64,000 nt of DNA. Origin: Blepharisma stoltei ATCC 30299. Taxonomy: Eukaryota > Protista > Ciliophora. The stretch spans positions 248,001 through 312,000 of the forward strand of contig CBFDEM010000056.1 of NCBI GenBank assembly GCA_965603825.1, given 5' to 3'. Both the position numbers and the translations under genes were made by a program. Below, one piece after another: positions 45,896-59,143 of the stretch. The notes under the pieces are model-generated. The model was given only the letters and a program-made list of their open reading frames with translations. It was not told the DNA's origin and did not search any database. Position 1 is the first letter of the stretch. Each line of letters starts with the position of its first letter.

Positions 45896-48583
45896 CTACC
45901 ACTCATCTTCAATTTGCCTCTCTGCAAGATCCACGAAATTCAGCTTCACCACCACAATGGGATAAGGAAATTCATCAGAGACTCCAAAGAGCTGGTCGTT
46001 GCCGAATTTTTCAGGAAGCAGGTTTTTCCACTCTTCATACTCCTTATAAACTGCCTCATACTCCACAAGTGCTTTGTCTATATAAGTCGCTTCTTCTTCA
46101 TTTGCGAGCTCTCTGATATTTCTTAAGTTCTTCTTAAGTTTCCTTGCGATTTTTTTGTTCAACTTGACGTCGTCTTCAGGCTCAAAGGAAAAAGATTCGA
46201 GAGAGAGAACGCGGAAAACAAAGAAATAACAGATCATCCTCCTTACATCTACACATCAGTGACAAAAGAGCCTCATGAACTGATCTTCGAGGATGTAGTG
46301 GAGCAGGAGCTCTTCTCTCATATGGCCTCGAATCATGTGGTAGTGGTAGTAAAGAAATGAAATTGCCTTGGCCACACTCAGCCCGATTTCATGCTCAATA
46401 GTGATTTTTAGCCCTTTTAAGAAGAAAGAGCTGTCAAATGTTGGAGGCAAGAATCAACCATAGCTGTATACTGCTGTGAAAAGCTTTCCTAAGACATTAT
46501 AGCTTTCTTGGACAGCCTGATAGTCAAATACATTGGTTTTCCCAAAAATGATGCGGACCATAACACTTATCAGTTTAGGATTGTAAAGAAGTTTGCAAGC
46601 AGCTGATATCAAGGCTTCAGGGTATTCAGTGATCTCCCTTTCCTTCATCTCAAGCAAAAAGCACTTCAGCAGCACAGGGTACCCTGGGATGCTTGACCAC
46701 AAAATATGCTGCACCACGAATTGTTTATTTACATGCTCAGCCCACCCTTCTAAGAATCTCAAAAACGCGACTCCTCTTTTTTCGATCTTATTAATCCACA
46801 CCTGGTCATTCAAATACGCAATCATAGGCTCAATTTTTATTTCGCTTGGAAGTAGCTTATAAAACAAACTTGGCCAGTCAATGACTGACACAAGCTCTGA
46901 TGATGTTTCTGAATCGCTATCTAGGTCTATTTCAGTTCCTCTCCACTCGTCAATGTGGTGGTAAGACTTTTTCTTGAGTGTTTCCACCATGACAGCTCTG
47001 AATTGAGGCACTCTGAACCAGCCAAGAACCAGCATGCACTCCACATACTCTTGTGTCATTTGATCTATCCCTTTGAAGACCATTCGAGAGAAGGCAAGCT
47101 TGAGCATCTTGTGAAATAGTGTCAAATATCTAACCGCGACATCTATTTTCTGAGGCAAAAGAGTTGGGTCGTTGTCTTGGAGCGAAAGGTAGCCAATATC
47201 AAGCTCTCCTCGCCTGATAAGGCACATCAAGCTTTTGAAATAGTAAGGCTTTATGTCATACATCACCAATTCTGCGTATTCAGCGAGATGCATGCCTAGG
47301 TCAATCAAATAGTTTTGTGCTTTTAATATGTTTTTCTCTCCAGTGTAAGTAAAACAGACCATTGACTCTCGTTTGCTTGATGTCAAAATTTTGCAAAGTT
47401 CATCAAAGTTCAGTTTCTTTTCCCTAAATACGTTTTTATCATTCAAAACTGGGTTGCCCCTCTTCGATTTCATATTCACACTTTCCTTGATTTTCGCAGT
47501 GAGCTCTATAATCCGTTCTATTTCTTTTGGCAATTTTCCTGAAGCTTTCCCCATCTGAGGTGTAAAATGAGAGCTTTGGACTTGGTAGCCTTTTTCTGTA
47601 TTTACTCCTGAAATCAGCTGCTGGAACACAGGCAAACATGCGATTTTCAGAGACCCAGAGACTTCTCCAGCCCTTCTTCCTGACAGCCAAAGCTCCTCTT
47701 TGAATGTCTTCAAGTGTGTTTTGTTGTAGGCATTCTTGATTTTATTGAAGTCCAAAGTGGAAAGAGTCCCTTCTGAACTTCCATAATACGACTCAGTTCT
47801 ATATATATTTTCCATTTCTTCTCGAAAGAGTTTGGTGAACCCTACCCAGCACTCAGCCACAAGTGCTGGCCCTGATTTATGGTGCTTGTAAATTCTAATC
47901 TGAATAGAAGCGTCTCTCACTGTTTTGATGGTCGCTCCGAACTGAAGAGTTGGGCTTGCCTCAGGGTTTTCGTCATAAAAGTTCCATTTTGGCTTGTCAC
48001 TGATGTCTGAATGCGGACTTTCTTTAGTAAAATTGCTCATAAATTTGATCGATGCTGAGTACCTGCCAGTGGCGTCGTCTTCAAGCTGGCAGTTGATATG
48101 CTTGGCTGCGATCATCAGAAGAGTCTCTTCAAGCATTTCGACGTTAAAGCTGATTCTCCCTTTGGGCTTTCCTCTGTCCTCTAGAGAAAGACTAGTGTGT
48201 ATAGGCCCATTGATGATGCTGGAAATTTTAAGCTCAGAAGAGGCGATGACCTTTTTTTCAGCGATGATCCAAATCTTCATTAGTGAGTGATCCATTCGAG
48301 CAAGAGAGGTGGAGTAATCAAACTTGTTTTCCTCGCTCCATTTGATAACGTCTTCTGAAGCAGTTCTCTCTTCTAAGTTGAAGTCAAGCTTATCGAATCT
48401 TATCTTGATAGCTGCTTTTTTCTAATTATTCATTACCACCCCGAGCCCGTTCACTTTAATTTTTGAAATGCACGCTTTGAAGTTGATTTTCGGCTCGTTG
48501 TCAGGCTCGTCTGGTATTGTTTGTTTGGTTTCTGGAGGCAGAAGGGCTGGCTTGCTTTTTGCTGGCGCACAACAGTTTCCCAT
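45896..48583 (-). CDS. MGNCC-lipidated C2-like + DUF1765-like protein, paralog B (890 aa)
   Basis: ATG 48583, intron 48422-48436, TGA 46454 and 46256 (LFCH[W]CVDVR); ends IEDEW-TAG. Confidence 0.82.
48422..48436 (-). other. 15-nt spliceosomal intron
   Basis: Minus strand gtaatgaataattag, A at position 10, in-frame TAG. Confidence 0.9.
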
Positions 48584-48683
48584 AATTATAATATAGAGAC
48601 TTGGTCTTCATTTACCTTCTAGCAAGCGTCCACATACGTTTAATAAAATGGCTGGAAAGACTCTTTTTAAAGAATATTATTAT

Positions 48684-51600
48684 CTAACTATTAAGTATCT
48701 GTGACAGTGGCCCTGGCACACAATTCTTGCTCATCTTTTCGTATAGTCTTTCTATTTCAGGGGTGCAGCGAGTGAATGGCTTCTTCAAAAACTCGTATCT
48801 TGGGTTTTTAATAAGTTCTATCAGTGTGATTAGGATTCCCCAAGGGTGTGGTCTATGGACAATGGCTCTTTCAGTTAGGACTCTTGAGATCTGTTCTTCA
48901 ATAATTGGCTTTTTGCATTCAGAGAATAGGAAGAAAAGAACACATGAGAAGAACTGAGTGTGAGAGTTAGGATATCTCAGCTGATTGGCAATAGCGTTAA
49001 TAAAGTGCTTTCTCGCTTCATTTTCGAGGTTTAGAAGAATGCTTAAAAACAAATCGTTGGCATCACGCTGATTTCCACCTTCTGAGAGTGCCCACTCTGC
49101 GACGTAAAGCACAAATGCATTGATAACAATCACATTAGCTCGGATTATTAGTTCTGCTGGAGTTGAGGGGTCTGGGATCATCATTTTATTGCAAATTTCT
49201 TTGACACAGATGGCATCTCTTGCAGTGAAGTATCTATCGATATCATCTTTCACGCTTAAAAATGACAATTTTTCTTTGTATGAGGATAAAATGTTAGGAG
49301 AAACGTTCATTTCTGGCAATAAATCGACTTTCAAGTTAGGGGTAAAAGGCAAAGGCACCCTCATTGTTCTTGGATATGCACTTAAGACCAAGTTTTTCAT
49401 TTGGCAGCAGTGTTCTGGAATATAGTCACAGAAGTCAGAATGATAGTCACATAAGAATTCAGGGAAATCGTGCATCAAAATAAGCAGCATCCTTAGGACT
49501 CCTTGGTAAAACGCCTTGAGAGATTCGGTGAGAGGAACTTTGCTAAAGTTTAGATATATGAACTTAAAGAGATCCATAAGCAGCAAGTGCATCTTTTTCC
49601 AGTGTGTGGATGGCACTCTTCTTTCAGCAGAAATGTTAACTGTTCGCAGCATCTTTGGTAAAAAGAAACGATGGGATATCAACTCGAGCCAACTGAAGGC
49701 AAATGCTGGGACTCGACAAGGGTTGAGCTCGTGGAATATTTTTGCAATTGGAAGCAAGAGCTCTTGCACTAGAACCTGATCTGGGAACACGACATTTGGC
49801 TGAGTTGATTCAGTCAAAATGTCTAGTAAAATCCTAAAGTATGGTCTTTGGTTAAATATTGGTTCAGATGCTGCAGAAACTATCAATGATTTTACAGCTG
49901 AAAGTACTTTTCCTAATATTTTTGATTTCTGTGAGGATCTAGCAAGCACAATGATGACTTGCGAAAGTTTTGTAAAGCTATCAATTGGTGCATAATATGC
50001 CTCATCAGTAAATCTGCTCCTAGAAATTGCGATTTCTGCAATAGTTTTGAAGAAAAATTCAATTTTGTCATCAAAATTAAGTAGCCCAAGTGGCTCAAGA
50101 CTCTTCACAAATGTGGGTACTTTTTCGCTATTAATAAAAGGTTCTTCAAGTGTAAGATTTAGCCACTCGTTGAATTTCCCTTCAATTACTTCCCTCAGCC
50201 TTGCTTTCTCAGCTGACATTGTTGGGACCGTTCTTGACTCAGACGAAATTTCATTGAGACCTATAGCGACTCTTCCAAGCTCATCATTCCCTGAAAACCT
50301 ATCTTTTGCAGCTCTCAGTGCAGCCACCGTCTCCTGGACTTCAGTATTTGCAACCACTCTGCTGCTGAGAAGCATTTCTTTGATAAGTCTGACAGCGAAC
50401 TGAATAGCCATCTGATTATCATTTTCAATAGCTTTGCCCATTATCTTGTCAAACTCATTCAGCTGAATAAGATCGCCTTTGATGATTTCGCTTGTAACAG
50501 GCCAGTAGAATCTCTTGCTGTCTTCACTAGAAATGAGCCATGAAGTGATTTCTTTGGTGATGCTCCTCTGCTGGTTTTTGATATTTTGTAAAATTTGGAT
50601 GTAAAAGGAAGTCAAGTCGTCAGTGGTGTACATTCGTCTGAAGAGCTTCTGGGCGCATAAGGATGCACTTTCAGTCTTGCTGTTAGAAGCGATTGCGGAA
50701 AGAGTGACGTTAGAAATGGCTTGCTGCACTTCTGGGTCTTCAATGTCATTTTTAGCTACCATTATAGATTCAGCCTGCTCTAGCTGGTCATCAAATTTCA
50801 AGCTTTGAGGAGAGCTGTCAGGCTTGGCTTCTGGGGATGGAGAAGATTTCGCTGGAGGAGCTGGCTGAGATTGGGATATTTTCTTGGGGTTTTCTATGAT
50901 GTTCACAAAGTCATGGTACACTTGGAATTGCTCTTTTGTCAGGCCTGAAAGTTTTGGCTTTAGATTGTCAGGGAGAAACTGGACAGCTCTGCTTCTTGCA
51001 GCTGCGTTTTCGTCATAGAATTTATCTCCACTAATTCTTCTCATTTGAAAAGCGTCTTTCAAAGTCTCTTCTTGACCTACATCACTAACTGCTTTTTCAA
51101 TAACTATTTTTGCAATTAGTCCACAGCCAAGTTCTAAGTTATCTAAGGCTGCTTGCTCTACGATTTGTTTGAGAGTCTGATTATTAAGAGTTGTGCTAGT
51201 CCTTAAAATTTCTGCCAAGAAATTCACAACATGCACTCTGAATGGCTCTCTTGATGTAACCTGTGCAAGGCTTCCAGCCAAACTTTTAACTACCCAAACT
51301 GAAGCCTGTTGCAGTTTATTAGCATCTTTTTCAAACGCGAAATCCTTCAATACTAGTTCCTTAGTGGTAATCAGCGCTATATTTACATTTCTCTGTACAA
51401 TTGGTTGAATGATTTCTTTAATAGCTTTTTCAATTGCAAGGGCAATCATCCTTCTCAGCTCAGGCTCAGAATACAGCTCAGCTAGTTTAGGAGAAACAGT
51501 GACGTAGCTTGGAAGAGATGACAAAATCCCTTGCTCAGTTGACAACTGGATGGTTTCTTGTGGGCTCTGTGCTTCTTTAATAGCAAAGTCTTGAGTTTTC

Positions 51601-54600
51601 TTAGTCTCTTTTGCAACAAGAAGGTTGGTTTTTGGGAAATCGTCTGGGCTGAGCTTTAAGAGTCTAAAAAGCAGCTCGATTTCACTGACAATCCTAAGCT
51701 TGAGTTCAGGCTTGCTTTTGAGCTCTACTAGAAGTGATAGGTTAGAAATGACCCAAGGATTTGTGCTATTAAACACTTCAGAGTTTGCGCAGCTTTTCAG
51801 GACATTGCATACAAATGGAATGATTGCTAGCAGCGTGCCTTCTTCATATGCTTTTATAACTAAATCTTTTAAGTCAAGATGCTTAAGCAAAATAGGCTTG
51901 TTTCTAGCTAAGGTTAGCGACCCAATTCAAGCTCCTAAAGAGTTCAGGACTTTTCTGTCGCTGTCTTCAAGCTCTTTATGAGAAGTAAGCAGCTTCCAAA
52001 TTGCATAATAAGTCTCATTAAGCACAGATGAATACACTTTCTTTATATCTACAGCTTTTAAGAGCTTTAAGTAAAGTTCTTGGAAATTGATTTCTTGGGA
52101 AACTCTTTTTACAACTAAATAATTTGCGAACCAGGGGATATTTGTGTTTTCGTCCTCAGTTAAAATTTTCCGAAGCTCGCTGGCTTTTTCTTCCAGCTTT
52201 TGAAGATCTGTGGTGTTTATGATAAACATGATTCGGTCTTTTGTGGCGTCAGGAATGCTGGGATCAGAAACTTCTTCGATTGGAGATTTCCATACTGGCT
52301 GAGGCGCAGTTTCTGGGGGCTTAGGAATCCCAGGAGGGTTATCAGTCAGGATTACAGGCTCTTCGTGTGCTGCTGGCGGATCTTCAGGGGCTGCGCTGGT
52401 TTTATTTTTGATGCTTTGCAGCCACTTTACAAATTCAGGCTGCTCTTCTTGCAAGTTCTCCACAGCTAGCAGCTCGCTGCAGAAGTTTGGCCACTCACTG
52501 AGGCGGTCTTTAAACTGCTCCAAAGCAATAAATCCAAATCTGCTCAGTTTGCTTCTAGGCTTTTTGAGTGCCATAACTATGTGCTTCAAGCCTACAAACA
52601 GGTGGACACTTACCAGTACCCCAGACTTGATCATGGCTCCGAAGATCTCTCCTGTGATTCTCAGCTCTTTTTCTGGGTACTTATGGAAGAACCTAAATTC
52701 ATCAAAGAGGTTATTAATGACGCACTCAAAAATATCAGTCTCATGCTTGTTCGCTGACCCTTTGAGCTTCTTCATTTGGACAATGAAGTCAGCAACGCTG
52801 ATTTCTTCTGAATAAAGCTGTTGGAAAAACAAGTTTGCCTTCTCATCAACGTCTTCTTGCAGATTTGGAGGCTTGATTTCAGGGAACTGTTTGATCACAT
52901 TGTTGTAGACTTCATAAGCTCTTTTCTGCAGCTCTTGAGAAGGCTGGGCGTCTATAAGCTTCTCAAAAATTATGACTAAGGCTTCTTTCGTTATTTGGGC
53001 TTTGTCTAGAATGGCTTCTATTTGTTTGGGATCTTTGGCTTCAGCAGATGGCTTGAGGACGAAATCTTCAATATAGTCAAGCAAAGCAATGATAAAGCCA
53101 CTTTTCCCATTGGCCAGTCTCTCGTTGATTCAGTGCTCTAAATGCAAAAAATCTCGTTTGCTCGCAAGAAGGCCGAAATGGGCTGTAAACTTGTGATTAT
53201 CACAAGCGACCAACTTCAATAGAGAGTCTCTGATTTCTTGTGTGAGGTCCAGCAAGTTGCTTAACGCCAGCGAAGTTGGGTCTTTTTCATAGTACTCTAT
53301 GGCTCCTTTGATAATTAAATCAGGGTTATGTGTCCAAATTGTTTGTAAAACAATAGGATTCGTGGTTTGTGGGGTCATGAACTGAGGCATCATCATTGAT
53401 ATGAGCTCTGTCAGCAAATGGTGGCCACGGCTTGGCTTGATCATAGAAAGCCCAATGATTAAGATGTCTGGGAAATGTTTGGCTTCATTGATCAGTAAAT
53501 TGCGTATGCTTGGGTAAAACTCTGTGACTGAGAGCTCGATCAGCACTTTAAGTAAGTCTAGTGAAAGTAAGGCTTGGATTATGCATTTTACGTCTGGCTG
53601 CATAGCGATTTCTTCAATCGGTACCTTATTTGGAGTGTCAGAAAAATTGAAGATTTCTGAAGAGACACTGGAGTAGATTGCATGCATTAAAAAGGAGACC
53701 TGGCCTCTTGGATTCTTCCAAAGCTTGAAGAAGGGCATTATTGGGAACTTCTTTCCAGTGATTTTGTAATACAAGGTTGTCAACAGCACAAAAGCTTGCT
53801 CGTTTTTAATTACAAATCTTGGGATATCGAGCAGCTCAACTACTAATTCCCACTGCAAGGTGTAGTTTTCTCTGACAGTCTTGCTGAAAATGTCGAGGTT
53901 CCAGTTGGTGATTGATTTCTTTTCTGAGAACTCTGATGTCAAGGCTTGCCATGCTTCCTGGTGTACTGAAGAATAAACAGCAGAAATAACTCTGCTCTCT
54001 TGGTCTAAAGTGTCTGAAGTTTTTTCGCACATCATAGCAAGAGCTTCAGCCATCTCTGCTTCTTTAATATCTGGAAACTCCATAAACACTTCTCTTAGAG
54101 TAACTGGACTTTGTGTACAAAGCGGTCCTAAATCTTCTAGCACCTCCGACAGCGCCAGTGAGCTCTTGATTTCATTCATCAGTGTCGGCCTCACTTCTGG
54201 CAGATTATACGTCTCCTTTCCTTCTTTCAGCAAGGGCAAGTAGTAAATCCTTTCATCAATTTGGTTTCCCAGCAGCAAAAACTCAATTCACTCTCCACAT
54301 GCTGCTTCCTCTGTGAACTCAGGATAATTCCTCAGCACAAACAGTATCGAGTGAATTGCGTAGGCTGGAATCCTCTGTGGCTTGCCTTGTGCGCAATATT
54401 CCTTCAGCTTGTTCTTCAAGATTACTGTCCCTGCCCGAGAGACGTGCGGAGTGCTCGACAAGGCCAGACTTAAAGCCAAAAGGATCTGGACAGGCAAAGT
54501 CAGATGCAGATTGCGGGAAAAGTCTTCGAAAAACTCTTCAATGTCGCCTGACGGGAATACCTGTGAGAAGTAGTCCAAAAATGCAGGCTTTGCTGAAAAA

Positions 54601-54842
54601 TGTGTGATGGCTTGGTTGAGAAACTGGACCTTGAACTGGTCCTTGCCACCTGAGGAAATCCTTGGGTCTTTGAAATCGATGTCTTGAAGGAAAACTCCAA
54701 GCAGGAATTTTTCGGCACCAATGCCGAAGGTTGCAGTCAGCTTTTGGAGCTCGGCTGCTGTTGTTTTGAACTGTTTTTTATTTGTTAGTGTTGATACTAG
54801 GTTTCTGATGTAGAGACAAACGCAACTTTCTGGGCCACTCAT
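48684..54842 (-). CDS. CNOT1: CCR4-NOT scaffold subunit Not1 (2052 aa)
   Basis: Four track ORFs join via TGA 54288, 53130 and 51927 (LGA[W]IGSLTLARNKPI). NLFDEFRFF..YPEKEL, FAFSWLELISHR, NQLRYPNSHT, RPHPWG. Confidence 0.96.
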
Positions 54843-55076
54843 ATTTATTATAAGCAAACTAATAGGAACTCTTAAAAAGCTCACAGCTTCTGCGTGAGGT
54901 AGGAATTTTGGGTAAAAAATTAAAAGAAGAAGTGAAAAGATAAGTAGATTTGCTGTAGCATTAAATATTATTTTTAAATTAATTATGACTAAAATAAGAA
55001 ATCTAAAGACTACCTTATAAAAATATAATTTAGTCGTCAATAAGTATAAATGAGTCACTTATTATCAATTACTAGA

Positions 55077-57323
55077 TTACTCCCCTCTTCTGATGGTTCT
55101 TGAAAATTTAGTCTTCTCATTCTGTTGTTTCATTTGATCAAAATCAAGCAAATATCCCCTTATGTTTGATCCTTGAATTAAAGCTTTACTTCTTTGCTGA
55201 TATGCAGCTTCAATCTGTCTTGAAGCCTCAGCTGTATACTTCTTGAAAATTTTGTCGTCGTCTTGTCAGTACCAGGTGACCTCATTTTCGTTGAGTTTTC
55301 TATCGACACTTGCCTGGCTTCCATCATTTCTTCTAACAGTTCTAGAAATTTTTGAGTTTAAAACTACTTGGACATGCGGATCTCCGAAAATGACTCTATA
55401 TGTCTGGCCTTTAATCGGAATTGCTGCTCAATTTTCTCCTCGATTGTATGCATTCTCAATTATTTCGTTTATTGCAGGCGGATAAGCTTCTAGTGAGCCA
55501 TCATCACGAAGCCATTCCCAAAACACATTGCCTAGCTGACTCTCTTGGGTGATAATTTTCTTTAATTCTTCAGATGCTTGCTGAACTGAGCTGGGACTTC
55601 CGGTTAGATTAAAAGCTGTGCCATCATAGGTGGCAGTTGTTAGCATGTATTTTCTTTTAATGTCTGCTGTAATGTTTCTTCTGTTAAGTCTCGATGCAAG
55701 TTGAGGTGGGCATGGAATGCTTTCAACCTGCAGTAAGCCATTTGAAGGGGGAGAATTTTGCATATCTGAATCAATAGAGGATGAGTTGTTTAAGGACGCC
55801 ATCCGAGACCTGGAAAGGTCAAATGGCTGATTCAAGGGAATTGAGTTGCCTCTCGGGGGATTATTTGGAGTAAATTTTGGAAAGTCTTGTTCTTGATGAA
55901 CTCTAAGTGGAGCAGGATTAATTAATAATGCATTGGTTGGATTTTGTGGCTGCGGAGGATATGCCATTCGAGGTATAATTCCTTGAGGAAGGCTTCCTTT
56001 TAGGTCAGGAAGAGTTCCTTCAACTGAATTGGCTATCTGTTGGATAAAAGGAGGGCCAGAATTTATTCCACTTAAAGGAAACTTTGATTCAGATTGAGGG
56101 TTATTAGGATTTTGTATACTATCACCTTGTGGAGGCTTCGTGGGATTTTGAACATTTGGTGGGTTAAAAAATTCTGGTGGCGGTGGTGGTGGCCTGACAA
56201 ATTTATTGCTTTCATCAGCAGAAGGAGTAGGAATTTGATTGCTTGCTTTTGGAACCTGTCCAGATCCTATATAATTCTGGCCATGCAGAGGAGGTGGAGG
56301 AATATTTGGACCAAAATTGGGAGGAGTAAAATTAGGTTGAAAGTTTTGCAAATTGCCTGTGCCTTCTTGCATATTTTGAGGTGTGGGATTAGGCACAAAC
56401 TGAGCTTGAGGCGTACCTCGGATTAGTTGTTGAGGCTGAAGATTTTGAGCGTTTTTAACTTGATTATCATTTTGAGGTGAGGGAGGAGGGACATACTTTT
56501 TAGGCAGAAACTGGCTTGGCTGCTGAGATTGAAAGTTTTGAGGGTTTTGAATTTGGTTATTGAGCTGGCCCATCTGATTAGATGGAGGCAGAAATATTGG
56601 TGGGCTTGGAAGCTGAAATGGCTGGTTAGATTGATTAGGCGGTTTAACTAGGGGTGGAGGACCTGCTGAGCTTGGGACTTGGTTAGTAGGTTGATTTGGA
56701 GACTTAATAAAAGATTGAGGGCCAATTGGGTTAGAGACTTGGGAATCAAGCTGGTTTGGCTTAATAATTTGGGATTGGAGATTTGGCTCTCTTTGAAATT
56801 GAGGATTAATTTGATTCGCCTGGTTAATTTGAGGAGTGTTCTTAATAAATGGTGGTGCCTTCATCATTGGGGCATCATTCTGAGGAATTTTTGGAGTTAT
56901 CATTTGCTGAGGTGCATGTGAGGATGGAGTGTTGTTTTGAGTAAATTGACGAGGTATTGAAGGGCCTTTTATTGGCATGCCTTGATTTGAATGCGGATGA
57001 TAAGACCCTTCTTGGGAGCTTGTGTCTTGATAACTAGAATCAGCTTTTACAGGGAACACAGCTCCTAATGGGTTAAATTGTTGGTTTGTCTGGTATTTTG
57101 GAACAGAGATATCAGTCATACCCTTTAAAGACTCAGAACCTGGCGCAGGTAGATTGCTTGGTTCTGGATTTTGCCTAACAAGTGGGTTAAGTTTTATAGC
57201 AGGTATTTGAGGATTTATCACTTGTGGGCCTGGCTGCACGTTTGCGTTAGGGAATGTGCGCTGACTTATTGGAGAATTGTAGTTTGGGGGTTTAAAAGCA
57301 GGATGCGGGTTCTGGGGATTCAT
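55077..57323 (-). CDS. P/Q/N-rich low-complexity protein with C-terminal tandem WWE domains
   Basis: Reads through TGA 55428 to TAA 55077. VFWEWLRDDG...IIENAY and VTWY[W]QDDD...QIEAAY...RTIRR. Confidence 0.85.
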
Positions 57324-58035
57324 AATGTTTATATATAATATGTAGAATGAAAAAGATGAAGTTATTGTAGATGCAGCTAATTTTCTGTATCAGAAAACCT
57401 TTAAGAGTTTTTAGTTCTAATTTAAATATTTAAAACCTAGCAATAGGTATTGAACTTAAATACCCAAAGATTCTATTTAAAAATTATATGCTGTTTAGAA
57501 ATTAAAAAGAGTAAGTTGCTTTATTAGGCAGATTTTAATATAGCGCATTCATTAATAAAATTAAAAATTAAACAGATCAAATTATAATGCTTAAGAAAAA
57601 GTAAATCTTAAGAATGGATCATTAAATCTTTTGATTTTAAAATTATATATTATAGCTAGCTAATATGATGCAATAATTATTTAAAAGCTTCCTTTTTAAT
57701 GCATAATTAATTTCCCTAGTTTAGATTTGCACCTTTCTCTTGGATCGAATAAGATTTTCCCACTCTTAAAGAGATATAATTTTATAAATGCAGGATTTTG
57801 AAAATGCAATAGAATTAATTCTGGTCATTCTTTCCTTCACCTCTCCTTTTTCTTCTCTAACCACTACAAGAATATTTATATCCACTGTCTTACGAAGATC
57901 AGAGGAAAAAATGTCAGAACTCCTCATAGTATTTTTTATTTCAAATAAAAACTTCAAAATAATTCTAAATTATCATAAAAGATGCTTCGAAGCCCAATAA
58001 ATTTTATTAATTATTATGAACACATCTATATATAA

Positions 58036-59049
58036 TTAACTGATATTATAAAATTGTCCCAGTAAATACTTGATACAAACTTCATTAATGGTTTTTTCTT
58101 TTGCATGCTTAATTAGCTTTTCCCATGTCAATTTCTCACGTGGCTTCTCCATTTCACTTAAAAATTCATCCCAAATTTGTCGAGTATTTCTTCTCTTTTG
58201 AATTATCTTCAAAATTGCTGCGGCGCTATTGCACCTAATTATTTTTTCTTCCAGTCTTTCCAGCACTTCTAAAAAAACCTTGTAAAAGAACACCCAACGA
58301 TGCTTGATGAATTTATTGAAAAATCATATAGTGTCATCCAATGGTATTACTGACGTAAATAAGGTAAGACACCATTCAATCATGATCATTTGAGTCATTA
58401 TCCCATGCCTTGATAAATGCTCATACAATGCTGGAAGATACTCAATCAGCATGAAATCGGCCACATGGCAATGCTTCTCCAAACCTGGAAATCCAGGTAG
58501 AAACAAAGCTGTTAGGTCAAAATCGTTGATCAAGCTTACAAGCAGTCAAAATGCATGAATTTCTGAGGTATGCCAAAGCAATGCTGCAGCTATTAAGTTC
58601 ATCCCTTGGACGTAGCCAAGGTTGGGGTTGTATTTTGCGTATGCTAAAAGCATTCTTTTGAGAATAATTTTACCGTTTCCTTGGCTGAAGTAAGGTATAT
58701 CATTATAGGTCCTTTCGACATCCAAGGTGATTTGGCAGCTGGCATCATTGTAGCCTTGGCAATCTATTTTTGTCTGGTTCAAGATGTAATAGTAGGAAAT
58801 CTCTGCGTCTGTGATTTTTACTTTTTCGCTTAATTTTATTGAATTTATGCATCCTTGTGGTTGCTCTTTTCGCTTTAAAAAAAGCCTGTAAGTTCTTCTA
58901 AGAATATTCTTATTATTGCAGTTGCACTGAGGGGAATGAGCTGGTTCCAGAGGCTTCAGACTTTCTCCTGGATTTAAAATGATTTGCTCTTCGGGGATGG
59001 TTTCGTCTTTACTAAAAGCAAGCATTTCCGTGCTGTGGCCGCACTTCAT
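58036..59049 (-). CDS. TBC/Rab-GAP domain protein
   Basis: ITLDVERT, GYVQGMN, AF[W=TGA 58546]LL, FLPGFPGL, WCLTLF. Confidence 0.9.
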
Positions 59050-59143
59050 AGCCGGTATAATTCTTATAAAAATAATAGTTATTTACTTATAAAATACAAA
59101 TTTACGAATTTTTATTTTGTTCTTCTGTTGGCTCTCTGAATAG

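Noticed and set aside
57766-58000. Short opposing ORFs of 63 and 70 aa
   Set aside because: No recognisable domain, AT-rich spacer; cannot be supported, though a small gene is not excluded
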